Assembly (NCBI RefSeq): GCF_006345805.1
Contig: NC_043000.1
Coordinates: 163,308,001 to 163,372,000 of the forward strand
Direction of reading: 5' to 3'
From: Octopus sinensis
Taxonomy: Eukaryota
Length of the DNA: 64,000 bases
Shown: positions 25,985-38,965 of the stretch, piece after piece
Position numbering within the stretch: the first letter of the stretch is position 1
Layout of the letters: every line of letters starts with the position of its first letter
The notes under the pieces: model-generated
Seen by the model: the letters and a program-made list of their open reading frames with translations, nothing else
Databases searched by the model: none
What the model was told of the DNA's origin: nothing
Made by a program: the position numbers and the translations under genes

Positions 25985-26560
25985 TCTTCGATGCTATTGA
26001 TATTTTCGGTTTTCATGACTGTCTTTCAGTGTTTTTCGGAATCAAAACATCTCCACTGAGGTTTTTGTACCAGAACTCCTCTCATTTTTCTTTTTCTATT
26101 TCTTTTTTTTTTTCTCAGTTTCTTATGGCGAATGTAATAAGCGGTAGCTTTGTTCCTCAGTATGCTTTCTCCAGAACTGGAGATCTTCAGTTATCTTCCC
26201 TACATGCTAGGCTGAATATTGTATAAATGTACGATTTTAACGCAGTCATAAAAACATTTCTTTGGTACGCTCTTTGAGGTGTAACCTTTTGTAAGTTCGA
26301 AGTATAAGGTGTTTTGGGAGTACTGTAACGTCTGAATCTATGTATAACAGTTAATGCTTCTGTTGTGTGGACGCCCTCAGATGATGAAGTAGGCTAGCCC
26401 AATACGTAGATATAGAGAGAGAGGTCTAGACACCGAGAGTTGAGGTCATCGGAACGTGCAATATAACAGTTGCGACGAGGATTGCGTAGAACACATAGCT
26501 ACTGTGTAGTATTGCGATATAACAGTGACTGATGCATTTTGTTATTGCATGTACACGGTT
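25985..26560 (-). mobile_element. Highly decayed RTE-clade LINE 3' remnant
   Basis: Minus strand reads YSQNTLYFELTKGYTSKSVPKKCFYDCVK, resembling the RTE C-terminal LPKQLFYGEL..G.R..G.QKKRYKD motif. Confidence 0.4.
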
Positions 26561-28026
26561 GTTTGTTACAGTCATCCGATTTGATATTCAGGTGGTTGTA
26601 GTTTTATTTGATGAAATTTTTTCAAGACGACTTATTTCTTCATAGGTTGGTGTGTAGAGCACAGCATCATGACACCCTTAAGCTTTTACTTTTAGTTTAG
26701 GTTACTGTTGTGAAAGACATGATGTCAGAGGAACATTAAGGCAGTGTCTTTGAGGGAACAGAAGATGCTCAATCAAAATAGATGAAAGATTAAATTTCAT
26801 CTAATTCACAACTGGTAGTAAATTGATGAGGCCGTCTTGCTGCACCGAGTCGATATTGGCTAAGAGTTTTCATTTTGGCATTTAAAAAACGTGAGCAAAT
26901 TCATGGAGGGCTGTTTGTTAATTGCAATCAGTTAAAGCTGAAACAATCTTGTTGTCGATATACTGCAGCTTACAGACAGTAGGAGCAGACGTATGTCTTT
27001 TCGGTTTAAGTCGTCGTAGATTGAAAATCCTACTATTCAATACACATTAGTAACTTCAAGTTCGAATTCATGCAGGGTGGTGCGATAAAACTGTCTAAGC
27101 CACTATTGATGTCGAATCCAAAACAAAAGTTCAGCGTGATACCACCCTGGACCTTTCATACCATTATGAAGTAATCTAACCATTTGCCTGAAACAAACGA
27201 GGTGTTTAAATTCTTTAAATATTTACCCTGAGATGCGTTTCGGCAATGTTGGAAATGCTTTAATGGATAGCAGATGGGGGGAGGGGAAGAGGTTTCTGAA
27301 GTTGTTTTGTTATCTCTGATGACGGGAATCACCCGGAAATTTGTTCTTATAGTATTATGTGTGTGTGGTGAGAGTGTTTCTGCATGTTTACACACACGCA
27401 CACACAATTCTTACATTGATTCTTACGTTGATTTCGACATATCAGCATCTAACAAATAGGTTTCTGCGCGGCTTTCGTTCACCCAGATTCACTCAAAAAG
27501 TTTGATGCACAGGATAGGAAAAATGCACTTGTCTAAGAAACCACACAGTGTGATGGAAACCGTTGCCGCAGGATTGCAAGGCAAGCACTTCTACTGGAGT
27601 TACAGAAATGTTATGTGTATCACTAATGAGTAATCACTGTATACGTGCATAGAAACATTTAAAATACTATGTACACATGTTTTACATTAATTTATATACA
27701 GTATGCATGGCTGTGAGTGCGCGCGTGTATCTGTGGGTGGGTGTAGTATAGTTTAGCCCGAAAGATGTGCCCCGAAACGTTTTCTATATTTACTACGATC
27801 AGAAAGGTGGTGAGTTAGTAGAATTGTAAACACATTGGACTAAATGCTTAGTGGCATTTCCTTCGTCGGTTTTGCTTTTCATCCCTTCACGGCCAATGAA
27901 ATAAATACCAATAAAGCACTGAGGTTGAGGTAATCGACTCCCCCACCACCACCACCACCACTACCACCAAAACATAAACTGCGATCCGGTGCCAAAATTT
28001 GAAATCATTATTACTACACCTACAAA

Positions 28027-28235
28027 GACAGCAAGCTGGCAGAATCGTAAGTACGCCGGACAAAATGCTTCGCGGCATTTTTTACGTCTTCACGTTAAAA
28101 TTCTACCGAGGTCGACTTAACCTTTCATCCCTCGAGGGTCGATAAAATAGGTACCAGTTATGTGCTGAGATTGATATAATCGACTTGTCCCCTTTTCCAA
28201 AATTTCAGGCCTTGTGCCTACACTGGAAGCGATTA
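28027..28235 (+). mobile_element. SINE family A copy
   Basis: Homologous to 16088-16312. Confidence 0.75.
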
Positions 28236-28261
28236 TTTCTCCAAATATATATCATTTTATT

Positions 28262-28634
28262 CTTTTACTTGTTTCAGCCATTTGAATGTAGCCATGCTGG
28301 GGCACCACCTTAAAGGCTTTTAGTCGAAAAAATCGACCCCAGGGTTTATTCTTTATAAGCCTAGTACTTCTTCTATCGGTATTTTTGCCAGCCGCTAAGT
28401 TACGGGTACGTAAACACACCAGCATCGGTTGTCAAGCGATGGCGAGGATACAAACACACACACATAAATAAATAAATATAAATATCGGGCTTCCTTCAGT
28501 TTCTGTCAACCAAATCCACTCACAAGGCTTTGGTCGGTTTCAGGCTATTGTAGAAGATACCTAAGGTGCCACGCAATGGCACTGAACCCGGAACCATGTG
28601 GTTAGGAAGCAAGGTTCTTACCACACAGCCACGC
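28262..28634 (-). mobile_element. SINE family B full-length copy
   Basis: Homologous to 53046-53437 over its whole length, including the internal CA/TA tract. Confidence 0.8.
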
Positions 28635-28637
28635 TTT

Positions 28638-28669
<32 letters not shown>

Positions 28670-30177
28670 TGTATGTATGTATGTATGTATGTATGTATGC
28701 ATGTATGAATGTGTGAATATGTGTGAATATGTGTGTGTGTGTGTATGAATGTCGCACCGCGCATGTATCGGAGGTGGGGTGTATCTGTCTACATGCGTTA
28801 GAGGCGGTGGAAAAGGTTAGATAAAATTCTAAACACCTTGGGCTCATGATAATGCGGATATACATGTGTGTCATTTTATGTGAGGTGTCTGTATGGCGGG
28901 TGGGTGTGTACACTCGTGCGTGTAGTTGTCGGTGAAAGCAAGAGTAATTTCATCGGCCTCGTGTTGTGAATTCGATCATCATTCTGGTCGACTTAGATAT
29001 TTCGCCGTTTGAGGTCGGCTTTCTACATCAGCGTTGAAGCTGCAGCTGTGATTCTTCAGAATTTGAGAACATTGGAATCTGCTTTTCAAAAGGCAGAACG
29101 AGAACCAGAACAATCAGTAGATAGATACACATATAGAGAGAAAGGAAGAGTGAGGGAGGGAGAGACAGAGAGAAAGCGAGAGTATTTGATAAAGTGAAAG
29201 TAAAAGGAAAAGCAGAGAAGGAAATAGAGAAGGGAGAAGATAGAGAATGAATGTGGTATAGTTTAACATTTAAGGGAAACTTTTGTACTCAGTACACTTT
29301 GCCCCCACCGCACCCACATTCATATGTACACACTCCCACCTCCAGACGCACTTACTCCCTCACTCGTGAAAGTAACATCTACCAAACATAACACGGTGAT
29401 AACAACCACCACCACCACCACTGTCAGCACATCTACTTCCACATCATCATCATCATCATCATTGTCTTCGTTGTTATCTATTTTGAGGTGTCATTGAAAT
29501 AACTGAATATCTGAATATCTGAAGAGGCAAGTAGGGTACACTTGAGACACAAGGGAGCTTCCATGTAATCGCTCAACCTGCTAGAAATAGCAGTCAAATA
29601 ACTCTCACATCACACACTGCAGTCTTACGAATAGGAAAGTCACATTTGATCACGCATAATCGCCATGTAGCCAACAGTTCATTCGAAATAATATTTATCG
29701 TATGCTACGATAAATTTTTCAATGATATATCTATGTGGAGTATTTACTATGTTATGAACAGAATACGTAGAAACTACATCGTATTCTTATAATATAAAGC
29801 ACATGTATGTTTATCTACATGGTAAGACATAAATATGTTATAAATGTAAGATGATATCCACAGATGTTATCTGGTTGATATAAATTTCCTTGTTAGGTAG
29901 ATTTCTATAAATGTTATCTGCATGCCAAATATGCCGGACTAAATGTATTGCGGTATTCAGTGACTTGTCTTTATATCTTTAGGTCAGATCCAGGTGCAAG
30001 GTCGAATTTTGTATTTCATCTTTAAAAAGGTTGCTGAAGTAAGGGAACTCGAAGTCAAGGATCGTGATTCATCAAATGAATAATTATTCTTCCACTCGAA
30101 ATCCGTAGCCTTGTGTTTAAAATACTAAAACAGTAATTAATAATAATAATAATATTGCATAAATATTAATTTAAAAT

Positions 30178-30536
30178 TTTGGCACAAGGCTAGAAATTTG
30201 GGAAGAAGGGGTAAGTTTTCTATATCGACCCCAGTGCTTAGAATGAAAAACAAAATCGTTCTCGGCGGAATTTGAACTCAGAACATGAAGACGGACGAAA
30301 TACCGCAAAGCATTTTGCCCGGCATGCTAACGATTCTTTTCCACTCTAGGCATAAGGCCTGAAATTTTGGGGGCAGGGGGGCCAGTCGATTAGATCGACC
30401 CCAGTACACAACTTGTCGACCCCGAAAGGATGAAAGGCAAAGCCGACCTCGACGGAATTTGAACTCAGAACGTAAAGACAGACGAAATACCGCAAAGCAT
30501 TTCGCCCGGTGTGCTAACGTTTCTGCCAGCTCGCCG
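30178..30536 (-). mobile_element. SINE family A, two nested/tandem copies, just upstream of the BMP3-like acceptor
   Basis: The gaactcagaac..gacggacgaaatacc segment occurs at ~30275 and ~30465. Confidence 0.75.
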
Positions 30537-30581
30537 GTTTGATTTCCCATAAACATTAATCGAATAATTAGTCAATTCTCA

Positions 30582-30613
30582 TTTCTCATTTCCATTTTTT
30601 TTTCTCTTTACAG
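30582..30613 (+). promoter_or_regulatory. 3' splice acceptor (polypyrimidine tract + CAG) of the BMP3-like terminal exon
   Basis: tttctcatttccatttttttttctctttacag directly precedes the in-frame TGF-beta exon. Confidence 0.85.
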
Positions 30614-30805
30614 AAGCTGAGAGCCTCAAACCATGCCACTATACAAAGTATCGTTCACGCTATCGGAATATACCCGCACGTACCAGCGCCGTGTTGTGTC
30701 CCGGATTCTGTGTCATCTATCACATTGCTATATCTTGACGAAGATCAAAATGTGATCTTGAAGAACTATCCTGGCATGACCGTCTTGTCATGTGCCTGCC
30801 GATAG
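30614..30805 (+). CDS. BMP3: Terminal coding exon of a BMP3/GDF10-like TGF-beta family ligand (C-terminal 63 aa of the mature cystine-knot domain)
   Basis: After a polypyrimidine tract ending TTTACAG, the phase-0 frame reads [63 protein letters not shown]-stop(TAG 30803-30805). The [15 protein letters not shown] and MTV.SCACR motifs are characteristic of BMP3/GDF10. BMP3 versus GDF10 orthology cannot be resolved from this exon. Confidence 0.9.
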   Translation, partial: KLRASNHATIQSIVHAIGIYPHVPAPCCVPDSVSSITLLYLDEDQNVILKNYPGMTVLSCACR

Positions 30806-31119
30806 CCGGCATCTTTGAAAATAACTTCCCTTCACTACAAGCGGCACTTGCTGATTAATCTTTGTTATTTTGAAGTTCTGAAGTACAAATCCAGAAGAGA
30901 ACGAACTTACGAACTTAGAGAGCGACGAATGAACGTTCGCCTGCCGTTATCATGTAAATTGTACCCATTCTGTACACACTCAGATATATATGCATAGGCA
31001 TATAATATATACACACACACACGCACACACACACATACATACCATATATATATATGTATGTGCGTGCGTGTGTGTGAGTGTGGATGAATCTCTCTCTCTT
31101 TTTCTCACTATCTCCACAG

Positions 31120-31151
<32 letters not shown>

Positions 31152-31240
31152 GGATGAATATGAATGTATATATGTGTGTATGCAAATAAGTATACCCATA
31201 CACACATAAGGATAAATCTACAGATGTATATGTGTACGTG

Positions 31241-31291
<51 letters not shown>

Positions 31292-31516
31292 TAATACACC
31301 TGCACACACGTACATAAATACATACATACACACAAACGTATGCACTCATGATAATACATATGTATGCATGAGTGTGTATATATATATATATATATACACA
31401 TGTATATGTATATTTTTACATACACACATGCATATATATGCATTTTTTCTAATATATATATATATATGTATGTATGTATGTATATGTATAGTTTTACATA
31501 CACACATGCATATATA

Positions 31517-31566
<50 letters not shown>

Positions 31567-31747
31567 TTCTGTTGGATATCAACACTTAACATATTTGAAA
31601 GACATTTCTTTTTTGTTTTTTGTTAATTGTTTTTGTTCTTTCATTTTGTTTGTTTCTATATTCTTTAAAGTAAAAGAAAATAGTATTTTAAATACGTATA
31701 ATTATACGTGCATGCGCACAGACATTGACACTGTATGTATGTATGTA

Positions 31748-31814
<67 letters not shown>

Positions 31815-33372
31815 ATAAAAAAAATATATCTCTTTGCATGATTATATAGGCATGTCTAACAATTTTAGCCCGTCAATTTAGTTCAATGTCTCTGTATTAA
31901 AAAAGAAAATTAGACTATATATCTATTAGCGCATCTCTTTGCGCATGTCCGTTTATATGAGGGTATGAATGCGTATGGTTGAGTGCATGCTGAAAGTGCG
32001 TTTACTGAAAGCGCCTTCTTACGCATGCGCCTGTAAGTATATATCTGGAATTTCATGTGCTTTAAAAGAAAAGACTGAATGGAAAGAGTGAGTAAACACG
32101 TGTGCGTGCTTGTGTGTGTGTATGTATGTATGTATGTATGTATGTATGTATGTATGTATGTATGTGTTTTACAGTCTTTGATATGTGTAATTTCATTTAT
32201 TTATGTTAAATTTATCAATAAATCGATTCTTTGTTAACCATGAAAACATGTTACTTTGTTACTTATCACAAAATGAAGGAACTAAAACCATCAGCGTACT
32301 CAGTTATTTGAATTTTGAGTACAACTAAATTTGACTGAGAATTAAGAACTAAAAACCTCAGTTATTGCTTTTAATTTTAGAAGAAGTTTACCAAATTGAT
32401 AAGATGAACAATATTTCGTGATGACCTGAATTCACTTTCATTTGTCTTTGCGTAATAATTTCGACAGTTTTGTGATTAAATACTGCCAGAGAAGAGCTTT
32501 ATGGGATTTCCAACAAATATTATTAAGTATATATTATATTGATAGTACTTTTATTTTTTAAAAATGCACCTCATTTGTCCTAGTTCAGAAATTAATAATC
32601 TGAATTTTAATCCAATTAAAAAGAATATTTTTAGTATTTTTAGCCTAGAACATTTTATTCCTAATCAAATTACACTACCTCATTCATTGGTTGGAGTTTC
32701 GCGAATAAACTACACAAACTTGAAAGACATAAGTTGTGATTTCAAATTTAGTTAAATGACAAATACGTAACATTTGATTTACTTGTAAAACAATTTCAAT
32801 AATGAAACTCAGTATTAGTTCATATTTGATTACCTGAACAATTTGATTACCTGAACAATTTGTTTGCCTTACTGAAAAGTTTCACATAATGAAAATGGTT
32901 GTTTGAATAGTTAATGAGGTTGTTGAATGAACCAGCAACTGTCAGAATAACTAAATGCGAGAAGCCTTACACCAACCCCCAACGACTCTCTTGATTACTG
33001 AAGGGCCGGAGAAAAAAAGGTGCATATGTTTAAGAGAAAATTGTCTTCAGTTTAAATGAGCAAATCTGTTGGTCTTAATCTACGCAGGAAGTAACGTTTG
33101 GATATCTGATTAGGTTGTTTTCAAGAGTTGACTATATTATTTGAAAAAACAAAAATTTGGCGACTAATTAAATGAACGAAGACTGTGTCTTATTGACTTA
33201 AATAGCTCATTCGACTATTTCAGTAGATGATTGAAAATTTCAGAATCCCTTTTAATACCACTGAAGAATTTGAGTAAATATATTTTTTCATCTATGTCAC
33301 ATAGCTTCTTAGAGTAGCGTGCTAACTAAAGCCTTCACTCACTTATACCTTTGTGAGGTCACATAAACATTA

Positions 33373-33612
<240 letters not shown>

Positions 33613-34155
33613 TATATAACATCACCATCATCATCATCTTCACCATTATCATCATCCTCTTCATACCCCAAGGTGAATTTACTATGCGGCCCCACGAATC
33701 CCCCGCCCTATCTTTTGTATATCCTCAGTTTTATGATATGCATCTTGGTCAATGCAGTAAATGAAGTTGAATAGTATTTGTACTCAACTGGAATGCAGAA
33801 GTCTCCAAAAAGTAACGTCTAAAATGGCCGCTTGACAAATACGATAGCAATGGTCAGCAAAGCCCGCCTTGCTTTGAGCAATATTAGTAAGTGAATTGTG
33901 TCAGTGATTTAATTGTTCTGTCTTGTGTTCACACCATCTGTTGTTTTATAATCTACAAAAGAAGAATGGTGTACATACTATAAAGGTGATCTTGAAGTTC
34001 AGACGAGAGCAGTCTCCCACGTGAATGATCGAATCTTTCAAGAGGAATAATTGTGTAGACAGACAGGCAGACAGACAGACAGACAGACAGACAGATAGAT
34101 AGATAGACAGACAGACAGACAGGCAGGTAGGTCGATAGGTAGGTAGGTAGGTTGT

Positions 34156-34522
34156 GGAGGCGTAAAGTCCCAGTGGTTAGGGCAGTGGACTCGCGGTCAT
34201 AGGATCGCAGTTTCGATTCCCAAACCAGGCGTTAAGAATGTTTATTGAGTAAAAACACCTAAAGCTCCACGATGCTCCGGCAGGGATGGTGACGAACCCT
34301 GCTGTACTCTTTCGCTATAACTTTCTCTCACTCTTACTGTTGTGCCAGTAATTCAAAGGGCCAGCCTTGTCACACTCTGTGTCACGCTGAATATCCCTGA
34401 GAACTACGTTAAGGGCACACGTGTCTGTGGAGTGCTCAGCCACTTGCACGTTAATTTCACGAGGAAGCTGTTCCGTTGATCGGATCAAATGGAACCCTCA
34501 TCGTCGTAAGCGACTGAGTGCC
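34156..34522 (+). mobile_element. tRNA-derived SINE family C
   Basis: A-box/B-box-like head cccagtggttag...gtttcgattccc; body shared with 45038-45405. Confidence 0.8.
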
Positions 34523-34896
34523 TTCTATTCTAGGTAGGTAGACGGGTAGGCAGGTAGATAGGCAAGCAGATTAGTATAAAACTGGAGATACTATTCCAAA
34601 ATATTTTTATTATAACATCATAAATTACACAATCTTTACACGTGTTTCACAAGCGTGTGCGGGAATTGTTACAATGATTATTGCAAATTATGCTGTAACG
34701 CCATATCGTCTGAAGGAAAGAGTAATTTGCTTCATTGTTGGTTACCAACGTCAAGTGGTAGGCACTCAGGCTAAAGCTGATCTTAATGTCCTTATTGTGT
34801 TGATAGAAAACAAGATCTAGTTATTTTGAAATATATTATTGTTAGACTGAATCAGATGTCATTTTCTATTAATAAACTCACTATTGTATCATCATG

Positions 34897-35175
34897 AAAG
34901 CGCGTGGTTTAGTGGTTAGGGATATTCGGTTCACGACTGTAAGGTTGTGAGTTCGATTCCCGGCGGCGTGCGCGTTGTGTCCTCGAGCAAGAACTCGATT
35001 TCACATTATTCAAGTCCACTCAGCTGGAAAACACTGATTTGTACCTTATAGTTCAAAGGGCCATTCATATCACATTCTGTGTCATACTGCACCCTCCTGA
35101 GAACTACGTTAAAAATACACGCATTTGTGGATTGCTCAGCCACTTGCACGAGGAACAATCGATGTCGCAACCGAA
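34897..35175 (+). mobile_element. SINE related to family C (different head, shared gagaactacgttaa core)
   Basis: gcgcgtggtttagtggttagg...gttcgattcccgg; ttcaaaggg...gagaactacgttaa...gctcagccacttgcacg. Confidence 0.6.
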
Positions 35176-36436
35176 GAAGGGCTGTATCATCGGTATATTA
35201 ACCATATCATCATATCTTAATTAGAACATCTAGAGTGTAAAATTTTAAAAAGAACACAAACAAAAGAAACTAAAGATTATGCGCAACCAAATAACACTAA
35301 GATGTCTAGAATTTCAAGTGGACGAGTAAACGGTTAAGTTAAACATGAGGTGAAAACGCTTGAGCGCCTGACTGGATATATTACTACGTCAACTTGGTGA
35401 GTCACCTTCTTTTCATCATGTTCTATGATGATCAGCTTTGTGCCTCAAAAGCACCTGTAGTCGTTTCATTCGTCTCGGAAACATATACTATTACTGATCA
35501 TATGTGTATTTTAGACAGAGCATATCATTACTATGGCTATTATCGATGGTCGATTTAAAGCATTAGATTAGATATAGAAAATTCTGTTGCAAATCCAGTT
35601 GGTGCCGACGTTGTGTTCCAGTCTTTACTTTAAAGATAGAATAAATACTAATATTATTTTATGCAATCTCCGTCCTTTTCTCCTTTAAAAAACCTTATTA
35701 TCAGAAAATGTTATTTACATAGACACAAAATTGTTGAAGAATGACATGGTGACTTGAATTGTACACATATATGACTGGTATTTGTTTATCGAGTCACGAA
35801 CAAATTCTTCGAAATTCGAACTCCAAAACAAGAGAAACGATTGTAAATTCTGTAAGGCAATTTCATTCACCGTCGTACACTAAAGTTTTTCTTAAATTGA
35901 TTTATTATATTGATTGGATTGAATATGTAGTGAGTTTTCAGTTATCAAAAGAAGGCATTTTACTAACATAAAGACCCTTGCAAGCGACATAAATGTAATT
36001 TTTGTTATCTCCGAAATGAATGTACATTAAGAGTGGTGGCATTGAAAAAAATATTAAAAGAAAGTTGGAAAGCGCCGCCAAGAAACAGGTAAGGTGCCGG
36101 AAACTCAATGCCGGAATACAGATTCAGTTTAATGTTGAGGTAATTTGGCATGTTAATATTGTGAAAAACATGAAGATACAAACATGTGTGTGTGTGTGTT
36201 TTATAAAAAAAAGAAAAAACAACGGGGCTCTTTACATGCTCATGGGAGTCTAATCGAGTTGTTTGTTCCATAAGAGTCGTGTTGGAGTCGGTTTCTTTTG
36301 GGAGTTTGCATCATTGATACTGACCCCCCCCCCCATCCACCATTTTGCTCTCTGTACAATCGCTGTTTGGTTCCATAAAAACATGGTGGTGCTGCTGCTG
36401 TTGCGTTCATTAGTCCTTTAAAATGGTTTCATATTT

Positions 36437-36690
36437 TGGTTCAAGGCCAGCAATTTGGGGGAGAGTGTAAGTTGATTACATCGATCCCAATATTCGACTG
36501 GTACTTATTTTACTGACCCCGAAAAGATGAAAGGCAAAGTCGACCTCTGAATGCATATATATATATGTATATGCATTTAGATGTTGCTTCATGTCCAGTG
36601 AAGGAGTGAAGGATTATCAGTTACACCTCACTCAGAACATGAAGACGGACGAAACGCCGCTAAGCATTCTAACCGGAGTACGAACGATTC
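36437..36690 (-). mobile_element. SINE family A copy, interrupted
   Basis: gaccccgaaaagatgaaaggcaaagtcgacctc and ctcagaacatgaagacggacgaa segments separated by unrelated sequence. Confidence 0.6.
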
Positions 36691-37263
36691 CGCCAAAATA
36701 ATAGATATTTGTAGAGTATATTTTACCCTTGGACACAGGGCACCTCCATAGACAGTCATGCACAATCCATGTATAAATATATGTATATAAATGTGTGAGT
36801 GTGTGTGTGTGCGCGTACACGCGCATCTAGCTACCTTCTGTAGACTATACCTAATTTTCACCTCATTAGCAAAATTTCTTTTGCAATAAAATGCGTACGT
36901 GTATCACGTGATCACATGATCATCCAGACTATCCGATGTTGTTATACATCACTGATCACAATGCGATTTGCACAGTTTAGCTTTAGAATGGCGCCAACCC
37001 GCTGGCTAGGCGAGTAGACCAACAGCTCCTATGAGCAGGATGCTAGTCCGGCGTAGGATTACCCATTTACAGTGGAACGGACAGGGACAAAGGGAAAGGA
37101 TTTTGCTCAAAAAACACAGTGCTTCGTTCAGTCCGTGAATCAAAGCAACGGTCACTAAATCGTGAATGCAACACCCTAACCGCTAGGCCACGCGCCTTCA
37201 TGCACACACATATACGTCCACCCCATGTGTGTGCGTGCGTGTGTGTGTGTGTGTGTGTGTGTG

Positions 37264-37310
<47 letters not shown>

Positions 37311-38032
37311 ACTTCAGGAAAAATGTAGAGATATATTTGGGACCGTCTAAATGTATATTTAGGACCTTATATTAGAAGATGACTGGAAGACTAGCATAAC
37401 GATTTTGAATTCGTCATACCTTGAATCCTAGTGTATGTGCTAAAATGAATTTGTAAGATTACAGCTTTCTTGGACATTTCATAAATAATATCTTTTAGTA
37501 CTCTTAGTACTTCAGCTAAACAGTATCAGTGTGTCTTTTCTTTTCCTTTTTTTCTGAAAATTTAAACTTATCTTGTAAGTTAAAATATACCAAAAACTCA
37601 TACATTTGCTTCACTTCTTCATTCAGAAATCATTGCACTTAAATCCTGAAGTTTTGGAATTGAAAACAAATAGGTCTATTTCGAAAATATCGTCGCCTTT
37701 AATGTCATTTCTCTTTAGAAATCATTTACCATATTCTCCTTGATGAGCATCTTGTTAAATTGAAGAATTTCGAAGCATCTCGTAGTTGTTTCTGATTAAT
37801 GTCATTTCTGATAAAATGTTCATAGGTATTTAAATTTAGATTCTTATTCAGTTTTCAAAATTCAACGAGTTGAACAAATTTTGGTTTTTCGGAAATAAGG
37901 TCTTTATTCTAATAATATTGAATTTCTGTCAAAGCTGAATATATTATTTTTCTTTAGATATGTAAACGCAGAATTCTGAAGCAATTTGAAGTTTTCAATT
38001 CAAATTTATAAAATGTTAGTGAACTTGATAGC

Positions 38033-38296
<264 letters not shown>

Positions 38297-38802
38297 ATGT
38301 TATCGTCATTCTTTTTAATCAGACAAAATCTGAAAACATCTGCTGACGAAGTCTCATCTTTTTCTCAAGCTCTTTGGCAGCTCATTTGAATGTCTCCATT
38401 ACATTCTGCAAGGACAGCAAATACATTTCAATAAATTGTGGTATCCCTGTCGAATGTTTTTTTTCAATTGAAAGTCGTTTGAATAATTGCTAAGAGCAAT
38501 CACTTGATCTGCTGAAAACATCGAGGATTTAATACTTTCCAGAAATGCAAAAATCTTTCTATGCAAGAATTTAAACATGACTGATTGGTTCTTACAAAAC
38601 GAAGAATTTCTTTAAAAGTCATATTCACAAATAAATAAAAACCACTGGAATTTTCGTTTCTCTTTGCCTTCACAAGAAAAGTAGCCATAGGTTTTTTAAA
38701 CCGCTGCTGTGCAACTCAGAATTTTACTTAACCTATGCTCTGCAACTATTGAATTTTACTTAACTCCACATAGTTTATAAAGAAATATTAAAGTGTTTGT
38801 AA

Positions 38803-38965
38803 GACGGTGAGCTGACAGAATCGTTTTCACGCCGGCATTTCGCCTGCCTTTCCGTTCTGAGTTCAAATTCCACCGAAGTTGACTTTGCCTTTCATTCTTT
38901 CGGGGTCGAGAAAATAAGCACCACTTAATGGTACCTATTTTATCGACTTACTCCCACCCTGAAGA
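38803..38965 (+). mobile_element. SINE family A copy
   Basis: gacggtgagctgacagaatcg...ctgagttcaaattccaccgaag...cggggtcgag. Confidence 0.7.

Noticed and set aside
36030-36095. Possible micro-exon SGGIEKNIKRKLESAAKKQ followed by cag|gtaagg
   Set aside because: Weak acceptor, no homology, and it lies downstream of the BMP3-like stop codon.
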